A stretch of DNA of 64,000 nucleotides from an uncultured Candidatus Saccharibacteria bacterium (GTDB lineage: Bacteria > Patescibacteriota > Minisyncoccia > Phycocordibacterales > UBA9973), in the NCBI GenBank assembly GCA_964610995.1, contig CAZSWF010000002.1, positions 6,338 to 70,337 on the forward strand, read 5' to 3'. Under the pieces are notes generated by a model. It was not told the DNA's origin. It worked only from the letters and a program-made list of their open reading frames with translations, and searched no databases. A program made the translations under genes and the position numbers. The stretch's first letter is position 1. Every line of letters starts with the position of its first letter. This document shows, piece by piece, positions 50,668-58,998 of this stretch.

Positions 50668-51159
50668 CTACCTGGAAAATCGTGAAAAAATAAATCGCAC
50701 TATAAACAGTGTACATAGAATGATTACTACATAGTAGAGTGCTCTATGAGAGAAAAATCCTTCTCCTGCCCACGCATACCCATATCTGAGGTATTCGATT
50801 GTCTGCTCATTGGACTCCTCGGCTGATACGTCAGCCTCCTCTGTTGTAGAAGATGATACATCAGGCGCCATAATTGTGGTGATATCTTTGATCGTAGTCT
50901 CAGCAATAACGTCTTTGTGCTTTTCTTTGAGTTCAGTGAAGTACGCAAGCTGTCGCATACGGAAGCTCTCGAGATATGTGATCACCTTATTCATCAGAGT
51001 TTTGACTTGCACTACTGCGTCATTTTGCTCGGGCGTAGTAGTCTCTGCACTAGTTTCTACTTTTGTCTCTACAGCAGCCTTGGTAGTCGTCGTTGGTGCG
51101 GCATGCACACCGATCACGAGCACACTCCAGAGCACTAGTACTGCACAGAGGTTCTTCAT
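50668..51159 (-). CDS. hypothetical protein with signal peptide and C-terminal TM anchor
   Basis: hydrophobic termini. Confidence 0.6.
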   Translation of the reverse strand: MKNLCAVLVLWSVLVIGVHAAPTTTTKAAVETKVETSAETTTPEQNDAVVQVKTLMNKVITYLESFRMRQLAYFTELKEKHKDVIAETTIKDITTIMAPDVSSSTTEEADVSAEESNEQTIEYLRYGYAWAGEGFFSHRALYYVVIILCTLFIVRFIFSRFSR

Positions 51160-51162
51160 ATA

Positions 51163-51879
51163 TTAGCGAAGTGAGAAGGTTGCCTTGACTGTGACCGTGA
51201 TCTGTTTTTCGATCTGAGACGTGTCGTAGCTACCATAGTCAGAGACATCGGTAGAGTTGCGAGACTGTACTTGGACTACGCCACTGGTTGCACTCTTGAG
51301 TGAGCCGACTTTGCTACCAGAGTTTTTTGCAAGCTCGGTTGCGCGCGCCTTCGCATCGTCGATAGCACTCGAGAGTAGCTGGATACGAGCCTCAGGAAGC
51401 TTGGAGTAGTAGTATTCAAGCGAAAGACTTGAAAAGATAACACCCTGATTAATGATACCCGAGAGATTATTTGAAGCTTTGGTGAGTTTTGCTACATCAG
51501 TAGACTGGACGGTAAATGTCTGGGAAAGTGTGTAGCGTTTTGGTGCACCAGAGTCCTGACTATAGACTTCAAACATGGACACTGGGGTCGCAGAAAGTTC
51601 GGTATCAATAATACCTTGTGCGGTAAAAAATGCTCGAGCCTTGGTCGCATCTTGGGCGATCTGGGCGTATCCACTCTTGAGATCGCTCTCATATACAGTG
51701 CGGGTGACTTGTGTTGTCCACTTCCCCTGATCTGAGGTTACTTCCATCTTTGCTGAGCCAGTTACTGAAACAACATCAGATCGCAAGCGAGATATCGTAC
51801 CCATAGAAATGAGTACTGCGACGAGGAAGCTGCCGCCAAGAATCATACCGAGCTGTACAAGTGGGTGTAGGTTTTTCAT
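51163..51879 (-). CDS. SIMPL (DUF541) domain protein
   Basis: VSVTGSA, A..DAKARA..LA, G.L..A..GV.Q, D..S.EK. Confidence 0.85.
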   Translation of the reverse strand: MKNLHPLVQLGMILGGSFLVAVLISMGTISRLRSDVVSVTGSAKMEVTSDQGKWTTQVTRTVYESDLKSGYAQIAQDATKARAFFTAQGIIDTELSATPVSMFEVYSQDSGAPKRYTLSQTFTVQSTDVAKLTKASNNLSGIINQGVIFSSLSLEYYYSKLPEARIQLLSSAIDDAKARATELAKNSGSKVGSLKSATSGVVQVQSRNSTDVSDYGSYDTSQIEKQITVTVKATFSLR

Positions 51880-51892
51880 ATATACCAGTATA

Positions 51893-52186
51893 CTACACTT
51901 TTGCTATTACTTCTTGTGCAAGCAATGCACGCTTTGCACGAGGACCGCCGCGGTTGTACTCTCCGACGCTTCCATCAGAACGAACCACGCGGTGACACGG
52001 CACAGTTGGATCGTAGTTACCTTTCATCACTGTCCCCACAGCACGAGCAGCGTTAGCATTCCCAGCTTTCTTTGCAACTTCTGCATAGGTCATCGTCTTG
52101 CCTTTTGGGATCTGACGCACAACATCACGCACCTTATCTGCAAATGATTTCACGTGCGCATTATTTGACGATCGGGTGTGGGACAT
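51893..52186 (-). CDS. MGMT-family O6-methylguanine repair protein (DNA-binding domain only)
   Basis: IPKG...TY..VA, ARAVG, VPCHRVV. Confidence 0.9.
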   Translation of the reverse strand: MSHTRSSNNAHVKSFADKVRDVVRQIPKGKTMTYAEVAKKAGNANAARAVGTVMKGNYDPTVPCHRVVRSDGSVGEYNRGGPRAKRALLAQEVIAKV

Positions 52187-52463
52187 TGAGCACTTCTTTG
52201 AAAAATGTCACGATCACAGTATTTTCACCTTCGGTGATGAAGTCGGTGTTGAAGGTACAGTTATAAGCGACAGTTTGGCGATACCCAAATGCAACTTTGG
52301 TAAAACTCAGGTCATCGATCGAAAGGTTGCAGCCTTCTTGGAGTGTGGACTGACTTTCGTACACTTTGTTGTAGATCAGCTGACGAGCATCTGCAGGCTC
52401 AAACCATGGACACCATGCAACAATAATAAGTCCTACAACTATAAGTGCGAAAAATGCTTTCAT
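52161..52463 (-). CDS. exported hypothetical protein
   Basis: signal anchor; TATACT -10 just upstream. Confidence 0.55.
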   Translation of the reverse strand: MKAFFALIVVGLIIVAWCPWFEPADARQLIYNKVYESQSTLQEGCNLSIDDLSFTKVAFGYRQTVAYNCTFNTDFITEGENTVIVTFFKEVLNVPHPIVK

Positions 52464-52688
52464 ATAAGTACTAGTATAGCGCACTAGTAGAAATGGCACC
52501 AAGTTTCGTGTGGACTCCAGTATGGTTTTTGTAAACCAGATAGCTAAGGAATTGGAGTATCTGGCTTGGGTACTAAAAGGAGATTATGAGAAAAGTGTCT
52601 AAATTACTGTCGGTACTGTCTTTAGTGTCTAGATATTAAAAAGCCCCTTCAAGAATGAGGGGGCTGTATAAAGAACTTCTTCTAATTA

Positions 52689-54539
52689 CTATTTACCAAA
52701 GTTGGTAATTCGACGTCCTAAGTTGTTTACTGGATTTTCAAGTATGGCAGGCTTTGCCCATACACCAGAAATCAATCCTGTATTTGCGGTCTTGGACTTC
52801 GTGATTCTTTGTTTTAGGAAAAATGGTTCAACCTCTACGTTGTAAAAACTAGCGGCCGCACTATCCATTTCGGAAAGCTTCCTATAAGCAAGAAGAACAT
52901 GTTTAGTGCTCCCGATGGAAATAGCTGACCGAAGCATTGCTGCTAATATCGCAAGAGATTTTATATTGCCCTGATCTAACCATTCACATAAAGATTTGTA
53001 TTCCCCATAGTGAAGCAGTTTTGCGGCCTTTCTCTCTTCTGCGATTCTTAATTTTTCAACCTCAGTTGTCGCTGTTTTAAAAGTTCCAAGTAGGTTAAGT
53101 TTTTTCTGTAAGAGACTAAGCCGATTCAAATCCTTTTCCTCTGTAGGTACAAATTCTGAATAGAACTCGAGTGATCTTACTGTCAATTCACATTCCTTTG
53201 TCTGTAGGGCTACTAAATCCTTTTGAATCTTTTCAACTGCCCGAAGAATGGTGTCGTGATACTCTAGAAAAAGTATCCTTTCTAGCACAACCTTAACAGC
53301 GTATTCATTTTTAGTTTTCATCGCACGACAAAGGAGACTGGAAAGGACGTTAGCAGATGTTGTTTTTGCAACACTGTGTTTAATCATTGCTTCTATCTCA
53401 GTATCGGAAGAAAAAGATCCTTGCTTGAATAAGCCATAAAGTACATCACGGTCGAAGGGTTTAATCGTATATGCCTCTTTACAGGACTTGATAAGGGCAG
53501 GATGCCGATAATCTATCGTAAGCGCCTTTCTACAATCCTCAAGCCTTTTTGCCAACCAGATCGGTCTGTCTTTAAACAGCATAATTTCAAGATTTGGAGG
53601 AACTTCAAAACCACTAATCGCGGCCATTCTATTGAATAGGACTTTTGAATTAACCTTTTGTACTAACCACCACAAAATGAGAGATTCTGTCTGAGAATTA
53701 TTTTTCCCTTGGCAATACAAGCACATTGGTACAAAAGTTGTTAAAGAGCCTCTCTCTACTAACCTCTGTACATCATTGGCTATAATTTTTTTATACCGCT
53801 TCTCGAATGTCTCAGCTGTATCAACAGCCCAGGCAACATCTTCCCGAACAAACGGTATTTGAAATATATCCTTTTGACCCTCATTTTCTAAAGAAGAAAA
53901 ACAGGTTGAAAATATAATTTCAGCTATTTCTCTTTCTCCTAGGTACAAGTAGTACCAGTAAAATGAGAGTAAAAGGTTTCTGCACCCGTATTCAAGGAGT
54001 TTTGATGTAAGGGCAACAAGACAATCGGTTCTCTTTTCATCTTTGGTTCTTAAACAAAAACGATACATTGCATCCCATGCTACCCACTGCCAGCTACTTT
54101 TGCGAGCTTTAACCGCAATTACTTTTTCAACAAATTGCAGTTGCTGGTCATTAATGGGCCACATTCTTTTATGAGCAAGAAGGAATACAATTGTTGATTC
54201 CACACCTTTGTCTAATACATATAGAGTGATCATATCTTCATAGGTGGAAAAGAAATAGGGTTCATTTTCAATTTTATTGAAGAAATCACTTTCTTTATAA
54301 GCATGAATTTCTTTAGCCCTTTTTGTATTTATCTTGCATCCTGTTAAATCTTCAATGAGGGATAAGCGCTCAGCCCCCATTAAATCACGGTGATAACACA
54401 AAACTATAAATGCTTCCGTGTTTTTACCTTCTTCGATAAGCGATTTTGCTTTGGAAATAATTCCTTGTTCATCCGATGTACCGATTTCTAAATCGGACAT
54501 CCTGTTGGATTGATTGGCGAAACGTGTCTTTTTCTCCAT
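52689..54539 (-). CDS. large AT-rich hypothetical protein (predicted helical)
   Basis: 616-aa ORF with own promoter (54608-54581) and terminator. Confidence 0.7.
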   Translation of the reverse strand: MEKKTRFANQSNRMSDLEIGTSDEQGIISKAKSLIEEGKNTEAFIVLCYHRDLMGAERLSLIEDLTGCKINTKRAKEIHAYKESDFFNKIENEPYFFSTYEDMITLYVLDKGVESTIVFLLAHKRMWPINDQQLQFVEKVIAVKARKSSWQWVAWDAMYRFCLRTKDEKRTDCLVALTSKLLEYGCRNLLLSFYWYYLYLGEREIAEIIFSTCFSSLENEGQKDIFQIPFVREDVAWAVDTAETFEKRYKKIIANDVQRLVERGSLTTFVPMCLYCQGKNNSQTESLILWWLVQKVNSKVLFNRMAAISGFEVPPNLEIMLFKDRPIWLAKRLEDCRKALTIDYRHPALIKSCKEAYTIKPFDRDVLYGLFKQGSFSSDTEIEAMIKHSVAKTTSANVLSSLLCRAMKTKNEYAVKVVLERILFLEYHDTILRAVEKIQKDLVALQTKECELTVRSLEFYSEFVPTEEKDLNRLSLLQKKLNLLGTFKTATTEVEKLRIAEERKAAKLLHYGEYKSLCEWLDQGNIKSLAILAAMLRSAISIGSTKHVLLAYRKLSEMDSAAASFYNVEVEPFFLKQRITKSKTANTGLISGVWAKPAILENPVNNLGRRITNFGK

Positions 54540-54617
54540 GTTTTTATTTTTTTGTAAGTGAACAATTTTATATCGACTTTATACTACATTGCATATTTAA
54601 TATGTCAATGTCATCAG

Positions 54618-55088
54618 TTACTGAACTTTGCTTCTAAACACTTCCAGGAGAAAAGGTATTTTATCTTTTAGAATGTTTATATTATTACCTATGTCGTTTA
54701 CCTTATCACTCATACCTGAAAGAATTGTAGTAGTTTCTTTTTGTTTTACTTCCAAGACTTCAATTTTATCCCCATGAGAATAGACTAAATAGCCCATCCA
54801 AACTAAAGCTGCGATTGCCGCCACAATAAGGCTAACAAAAATATTACTTAACAGATTTTCAAAACCAAATGCATCTCTTAGTCTCAAACGAAAAGGTTTC
54901 TTTGTCTTTCTACTTTTTTGAGGCTTTTTTTCCTCCTCAAAATTTGAAGAATCAGTTGTATCAACAGTATTAAATTTCTTTTCAGTTGTTTCTAAACCTG
55001 AAGATTTTAATAAAAAACGCTTATATGCATTTTTCTCATAAGGAGTTTTTCCTACATGTTCAGATCTAATGTATCTACTATTTTTCAT
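54618..55088 (-). CDS. single-TM coiled-coil hypothetical protein
   Basis: 156-aa ORF overlapping the upstream gene by 11 nt. Confidence 0.65.
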   Translation of the reverse strand: MKNSRYIRSEHVGKTPYEKNAYKRFLLKSSGLETTEKKFNTVDTTDSSNFEEEKKPQKSRKTKKPFRLRLRDAFGFENLLSNIFVSLIVAAIAALVWMGYLVYSHGDKIEVLEVKQKETTTILSGMSDKVNDIGNNINILKDKIPFLLEVFRSKVQ

Positions 55089-55776
55089 TTTCGTTAAAAA
55101 TCCAAGGATAATACTTATTATCTAAGTATGAAATAGCATCTTTTATAAAAGCTTCTGTATCGCAGTCTCTTAGATCGTAGAAACTTGGATCATAGTAATA
55201 TTGGAAATCCAAATTTGCTTCAAACTTACCATCTTTTATTTCAGTAAAATTATAAATATAATTTTTGAAATCGTTTACATTTTTTCTATAAAGAGATTCT
55301 TTACTCTCTTCTTTTGATGAGAATGTTAAGTTTATGTTCTGAGCTTTATTTATTTTTGAGTTTGTAATTAATGGTATAACTGCTTTGAGTTTTTCTATAT
55401 TTGAAACTTCATGTCCAAAAATAACACCTATTCTGCTAATATTAACTAGCTCAAATTTTCTAAAAATGTGCTCTTTTAAATAAGGCAATACCTTATCGTT
55501 TAGGAATTTTATTTTTGTATCAAAATTACCTTCGACTTTCAATTTTATAATTAAATCATCTGTATTGATTCTAATATATTCATCTGTTTCAGTATTATAT
55601 AAGATTCTTTCTCGAAGATTGGTATCTCGAACCTCTGGGAACATTTCTGCTCCAAATGGCGACTCTTCGTCGTACAAAATATGGTCTATAATCCTTCCAG
55701 CCTCGTCTCTCAAACGAAAAGATCTCGAATGTCGTATACCTAGAATAACTGAAGTTATGTCCTTTTTTAGATTCAT
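55078..55776 (-). CDS. AT-rich hypothetical protein
   Basis: 232-aa ORF; SRIGV and LDFQ motifs loosely recall TIGR04255-like proteins (unverified). Confidence 0.65.
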   Translation of the reverse strand: MNLKKDITSVILGIRHSRSFRLRDEAGRIIDHILYDEESPFGAEMFPEVRDTNLRERILYNTETDEYIRINTDDLIIKLKVEGNFDTKIKFLNDKVLPYLKEHIFRKFELVNISRIGVIFGHEVSNIEKLKAVIPLITNSKINKAQNINLTFSSKEESKESLYRKNVNDFKNYIYNFTEIKDGKFEANLDFQYYYDPSFYDLRDCDTEAFIKDAISYLDNKYYPWIFNENEK

Positions 55777-55808
55777 AGTTAGAGCTTAATATATCATTAG
55801 TATCAAAA

Positions 55809-56042
55809 ATGTCCATGGGGAAGCTTAAGTTGCAATGGTTCCAATTCCCCGAAGGCATTACGTTCGATGGAAAGGATTATGGAACCGTACAAACAGCAGG
55901 TGTTTTCAAGACAAAAGAGGCATTTCTGCCCCTTCAGTCTTCTACGGTGGACTTGGGAGTTCAATTTTGGAACAGATTTGCTGTGGAGTGTCAATATCTT
56001 GTCCATATTATGCGTGAATACAATGCTGACTTGAAAAGATAA
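55809..56042 (+). pseudogene. probable C-terminal remnant of a serine recombinase
   Basis: KLKLQWFQFPEGITFDG..YGT resembles, from recollection, C-termini of CPR recombinase-family proteins; its tail is similar to 52510-52602. Confidence 0.45.
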
Positions 56043-56046
56043 AAAA

Positions 56047-56520
56047 CTACCTCCACTGCGTATCACTATTCTTTATGTCTCTCAAGGTCTTCCAGCTCAT
56101 CTCTTCAACACCGCCCGCACGGTCCACGAAAAAAATATAGAGGTTCAATTTATCCATCACATCAAATGGCATTTTTCTCAAGACCATCTTCTTAAATGAA
56201 ATTGGAAAAGCTACACCGTATTTATAGCCGTATTTGTACCCACGCTTGCCGTTGCGGTGCATTCTTGTAATGATTTGTCCTACGGCTGAATTGAAACAGC
56301 TACTCATACTACCAGCGGGACTTTTTACGATAATTGATGGGTCGCCCTTTGCCTCAATCAACCAATAGCGAGAAAAGTTATCGTTTCTGACTTTGATGTC
56401 TACACCCTGTTCCCAGAGTTCGGCATTTCGCAGTGAAGTACTCCATCCTTTTCTCTTCAAATACGCAACCACGTTTTTTTGCACAAAGCTCTCTGTAATT
56501 ATTTCTCGTGTAGCCTTCAT
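56047..56520 (-). CDS. putative PD-(D/E)XK nuclease-fold protein
   Basis: E..VQ, GVDIKV...LIEAKG, GQI; starts 16 nt after the RT stop. Confidence 0.6.
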   Translation of the reverse strand: MKATREIITESFVQKNVVAYLKRKGWSTSLRNAELWEQGVDIKVRNDNFSRYWLIEAKGDPSIIVKSPAGSMSSCFNSAVGQIITRMHRNGKRGYKYGYKYGVAFPISFKKMVLRKMPFDVMDKLNLYIFFVDRAGGVEEMSWKTLRDIKNSDTQWR

Positions 56521-56536
56521 ACTCTCTTTTATAGCA

Positions 56537-57568
56537 TTAGGACATACTCTTCACCAGCTCTTTGACTTCGCTTGTGATTTTCTTGGCATTGCCATGACTT
56601 AATAATCCAAGATAGGACTGCACGGTCTCCTCTTTTGCACCCATCTCCGCGATACGCTTGTACATGCGACGCTTGGTCACGGTCCGCACCGCACGATGGT
56701 CTGGAAAGTGGACCCATCCAAGGAAATCAACGCCCGAGGCGAGCGTCTTTATGAAAACTTTATCTGGATGTAATAAAAGTTTTAACTTTTCTTTAAGAAA
56801 AATTGATATTTTCGGGAGAATACCCTCAAGTACCGCTTTGTCATCGGACAGGAATACGAAATCATCGGCATAGCGGATGTAGTGCTTCGCTTTGAGCGTA
56901 TGCTTCACGAACTGGTCAAACTCGTTCATATAGATATTGACCAAGAGTTGTGAGGTAAGGTTGCCAAGCGGCAGTCCTCTCCCTTTTTGAGTTGAATGAA
57001 AACTGCCAACAATTTCAGCCAAGAGTTCTACGATGTCCTTGTCTGCGATAGAACTTTTAATGATGTTCAACAGGATGTCGTGGTCCACCGATGCAAAGAA
57101 CTTCCGTATGTCGCATTTCAAAACCCAGACAGTGCGTGTGTCATTCTTTGAGACCTTGTAGGACAGAGTACGAAACCGCTGCATTGCCTTGTGGGTGCCT
57201 TTGTTTTGTCTGCAAGAAAATGAGTCAGCAATAAATGTGTGGTCAAAAAATGGATAGAGCTGACGATACAGTGCGTGGTGCAACAATCGGTCCGCAACGG
57301 ACGCCTTGTGAATGTTTCGCGGTTTCGGGTCAGAAATGTTGAACGCTTCGTACGATGAGTGTCGGTATGTTTTCGCTACAAGCGTGCGGTGCAGAGCGAT
57401 GACGTTGCCCATCAGATTTCTTTCAAATAGCAAAACATCTTTTCTTGATTTTTTACCCGACACAAACTCTTGCCACGCAAGGAGGAGGTTTTCGAGAGAA
57501 ATGATATGCTCGTAGCTATGAATAAACCGAGTCCGAGCAATACAATGACCATCACCCCCCCCCGACAA
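56537..57568 (-). CDS. DGR reverse transcriptase (start uncertain: TTG 57568, GTG 57655, or ATG 57609 if the tract is G10)
   Basis: KPR.I, DRLLHHAL, SFSCR..KGTH, KCDIRKFFASVDH, GLPLGNLTSQ, YIRYADDF, GVDFLG; linked TR/VR/avd. Confidence 0.95.
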   Translation of the reverse strand: MSGGGDGHCIARTRFIHSYEHIISLENLLLAWQEFVSGKKSRKDVLLFERNLMGNVIALHRTLVAKTYRHSSYEAFNISDPKPRNIHKASVADRLLHHALYRQLYPFFDHTFIADSFSCRQNKGTHKAMQRFRTLSYKVSKNDTRTVWVLKCDIRKFFASVDHDILLNIIKSSIADKDIVELLAEIVGSFHSTQKGRGLPLGNLTSQLLVNIYMNEFDQFVKHTLKAKHYIRYADDFVFLSDDKAVLEGILPKISIFLKEKLKLLLHPDKVFIKTLASGVDFLGWVHFPDHRAVRTVTKRRMYKRIAEMGAKEETVQSYLGLLSHGNAKKITSEVKELVKSMS

Positions 57569-57570
57569 TT

Positions 57571-57918
57571 TTGCCCGTGCTTCAAAAGCTGAAAACTGTC
57601 TATATTCATTGGTATGGATATTATCACGAACTCCCCAAGACACACCGCCACTCACTCGGAGTACGCATTGATACGCTGTTCATAGAAATAATGGAGTCAA
57701 TCGCCGTGGCAAGTTTTCTCGCTCGTATTGAAAAACAACCCTATGTACGGATTGCTATACGAAAAATTGATACGCTCAAAGTACTCATGATGGTGCTTTG
57801 GGAAACGAAGTCGCTCGATGACAAGAAGTACATCGCACTGTCGGTACAAATCGAAGAAATCGGGAAGATGCTCGGCGGCTGGAACGGGCAACTCACAAAA
57901 CAAAACTCTCCCAACTAA
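57571..57918 (+). CDS. avd: DGR accessory variability determinant (Avd, four-helix bundle), antisense to RT and TR
   Basis: LPK..R.SLG.RI and EIGKMLGGW motifs; 115 aa; adjacent to RT and TR. Confidence 0.88.
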   Translation: MPVLQKLKTVYIHWYGYYHELPKTHRHSLGVRIDTLFIEIMESIAVASFLARIEKQPYVRIAIRKIDTLKVLMMVLWETKSLDDKKYIALSVQIEEIGKMLGGWNGQLTKQNSPN

Positions 57919-57945
57919 TAAAAGTTGAGAGAGAAATGAAGAGAG

Positions 57946-58069
57946 TTGCCGAGAGAGCAGCAGGGTTGTTGCCATTGAAGTCATTGCTCAACCAGTTGTT
58001 GCTCCAGTTCCACTGACCATCGTTCCAATACAGGTAACGGACATAGAGGTTGTCGTCAGAGTTGCGGTT
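57946..58069 (-). repeat. DGR template repeat (TR)
   Basis: 124 bp, ungapped match to 58434-58557; 11 AAY codons; all 18 differences at TR adenines. Confidence 0.96.
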
Positions 58070-58304
58070 ATGTATGGCGTGCCATCCATTCCACCATCCT
58101 TTGAATACTCTCGGGATTGTATCGTATCTGTGATAGTAATCACCCAGCACGTCATACCAAGTATCTTCAATTTTTTGAAGTTTCTACATACACCACCCTA
58201 TCTGAAGCCGTGACCGCAGATATTCTCGATGTATGGATACTAGCTTCGGCAGTCGGAAGCCGTAACCGCCGTCATATTCGCCAGAAGCCGTTCTCATGGT
58301 ATCA

Positions 58305-58339
58305 CAAAAAAATAACCCCTATATGAAAAATATAGGGGT
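58305..58339 (-). terminator. intrinsic terminator of the DGR target gene
   Basis: ACCCCTATAT/ATATAGGGGT 10-bp stem (58315-58339) followed by a T-run on the minus strand. Confidence 0.75.
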
Positions 58340-58428
58340 GAAGATTTGTAAAACCTTCAAAACTTTTTTATCGCGAACAAAGGACAAAGGGTCACAGCTC
58401 ATAGAGCACAGTGTTCGAGGGTATAGTA

Positions 58429-58998
58429 CTAACTTGCCGAGAGAGCAGCAGGGTAGTGGCCATAGAAGGCATAGCTCAACCAGCGGTTGCTCCAGAGCCA
58501 CTGACCACCGTCCCAATACAGGCAACGGACACAGAGGCGGCCGTCAGAGTCGCGGTAGATGGTCCCCCAGAAGAAAATATATTTTCCTTTCCATTCTTCA
58601 GGAATGGCTTTGGGGTTCGCCAATAGGTAGTCCAATACATTTGCGTTCAGTACTTTCTTGCCTTTTAATTCTTCACGCAGTTTGTTGCCTTCGATGCTAC
58701 CGTTCTTCTGTTTCTTGGAGAGATAGAGTTCAACTTTTGAAGCGTCAAACTTAATGTTGCCGTTCTTTTGGTGTTCCTCTACTTTCCAACAACTTGGAAT
58801 GAATGGTGCTGCATCGCAGTCAATAACGTGTTCAATGCCTTTTATTTCGTGGGTGCCGCGTAGCACACCGAGGACCAATTTCATCAGATTTTCATCTTTT
58901 GAAAAATCGTCCATGTTTTTTGGTTCCCAGCCTACTTTTGCGGCTGAAAGGGTAACTTCCCCCATGAGGGTACAGCTAAACTCATTTGATTTTGCCAT
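58429..58998 (-). CDS. DGR target protein with C-terminal variable region (CLec-like fold inferred)
   Basis: last 42 codons are the VR; promoter TTGACT-N17-TATAAT at 59098-59070. Confidence 0.9.
   Translation of the reverse strand: MAKSNEFSCTLMGEVTLSAAKVGWEPKNMDDFSKDENLMKLVLGVLRGTHEIKGIEHVIDCDAAPFIPSCWKVEEHQKNGNIKFDASKVELYLSKKQKNGSIEGNKLREELKGKKVLNANVLDYLLANPKAIPEEWKGKYIFFWGTIYRDSDGRLCVRCLYWDGGQWLWSNRWLSYAFYGHYPAALSAS
58434..58557 (-). repeat. DGR variable repeat (VR), with invariant 3' end (IMH-like) CCTGCTGCTCTCTCGGCAA
   Basis: A->G x8, A->T x5, A->C x5 relative to TR; no other differences. Confidence 0.96.

Noticed and set aside
56537-57655. RT as group II intron, retron or CRISPR-associated RT
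   Set aside because: No maturase/endonuclease extension, msr-msd or cas genes; the SQ motif, Avd and TR/VR define a DGR.
57893-58150. 85-aa Asn-rich ORF resembling the DGR target C-terminus
   Set aside because: It is the open frame of the TR (AAY codons), expected for a non-coding template, not a paralogous gene.
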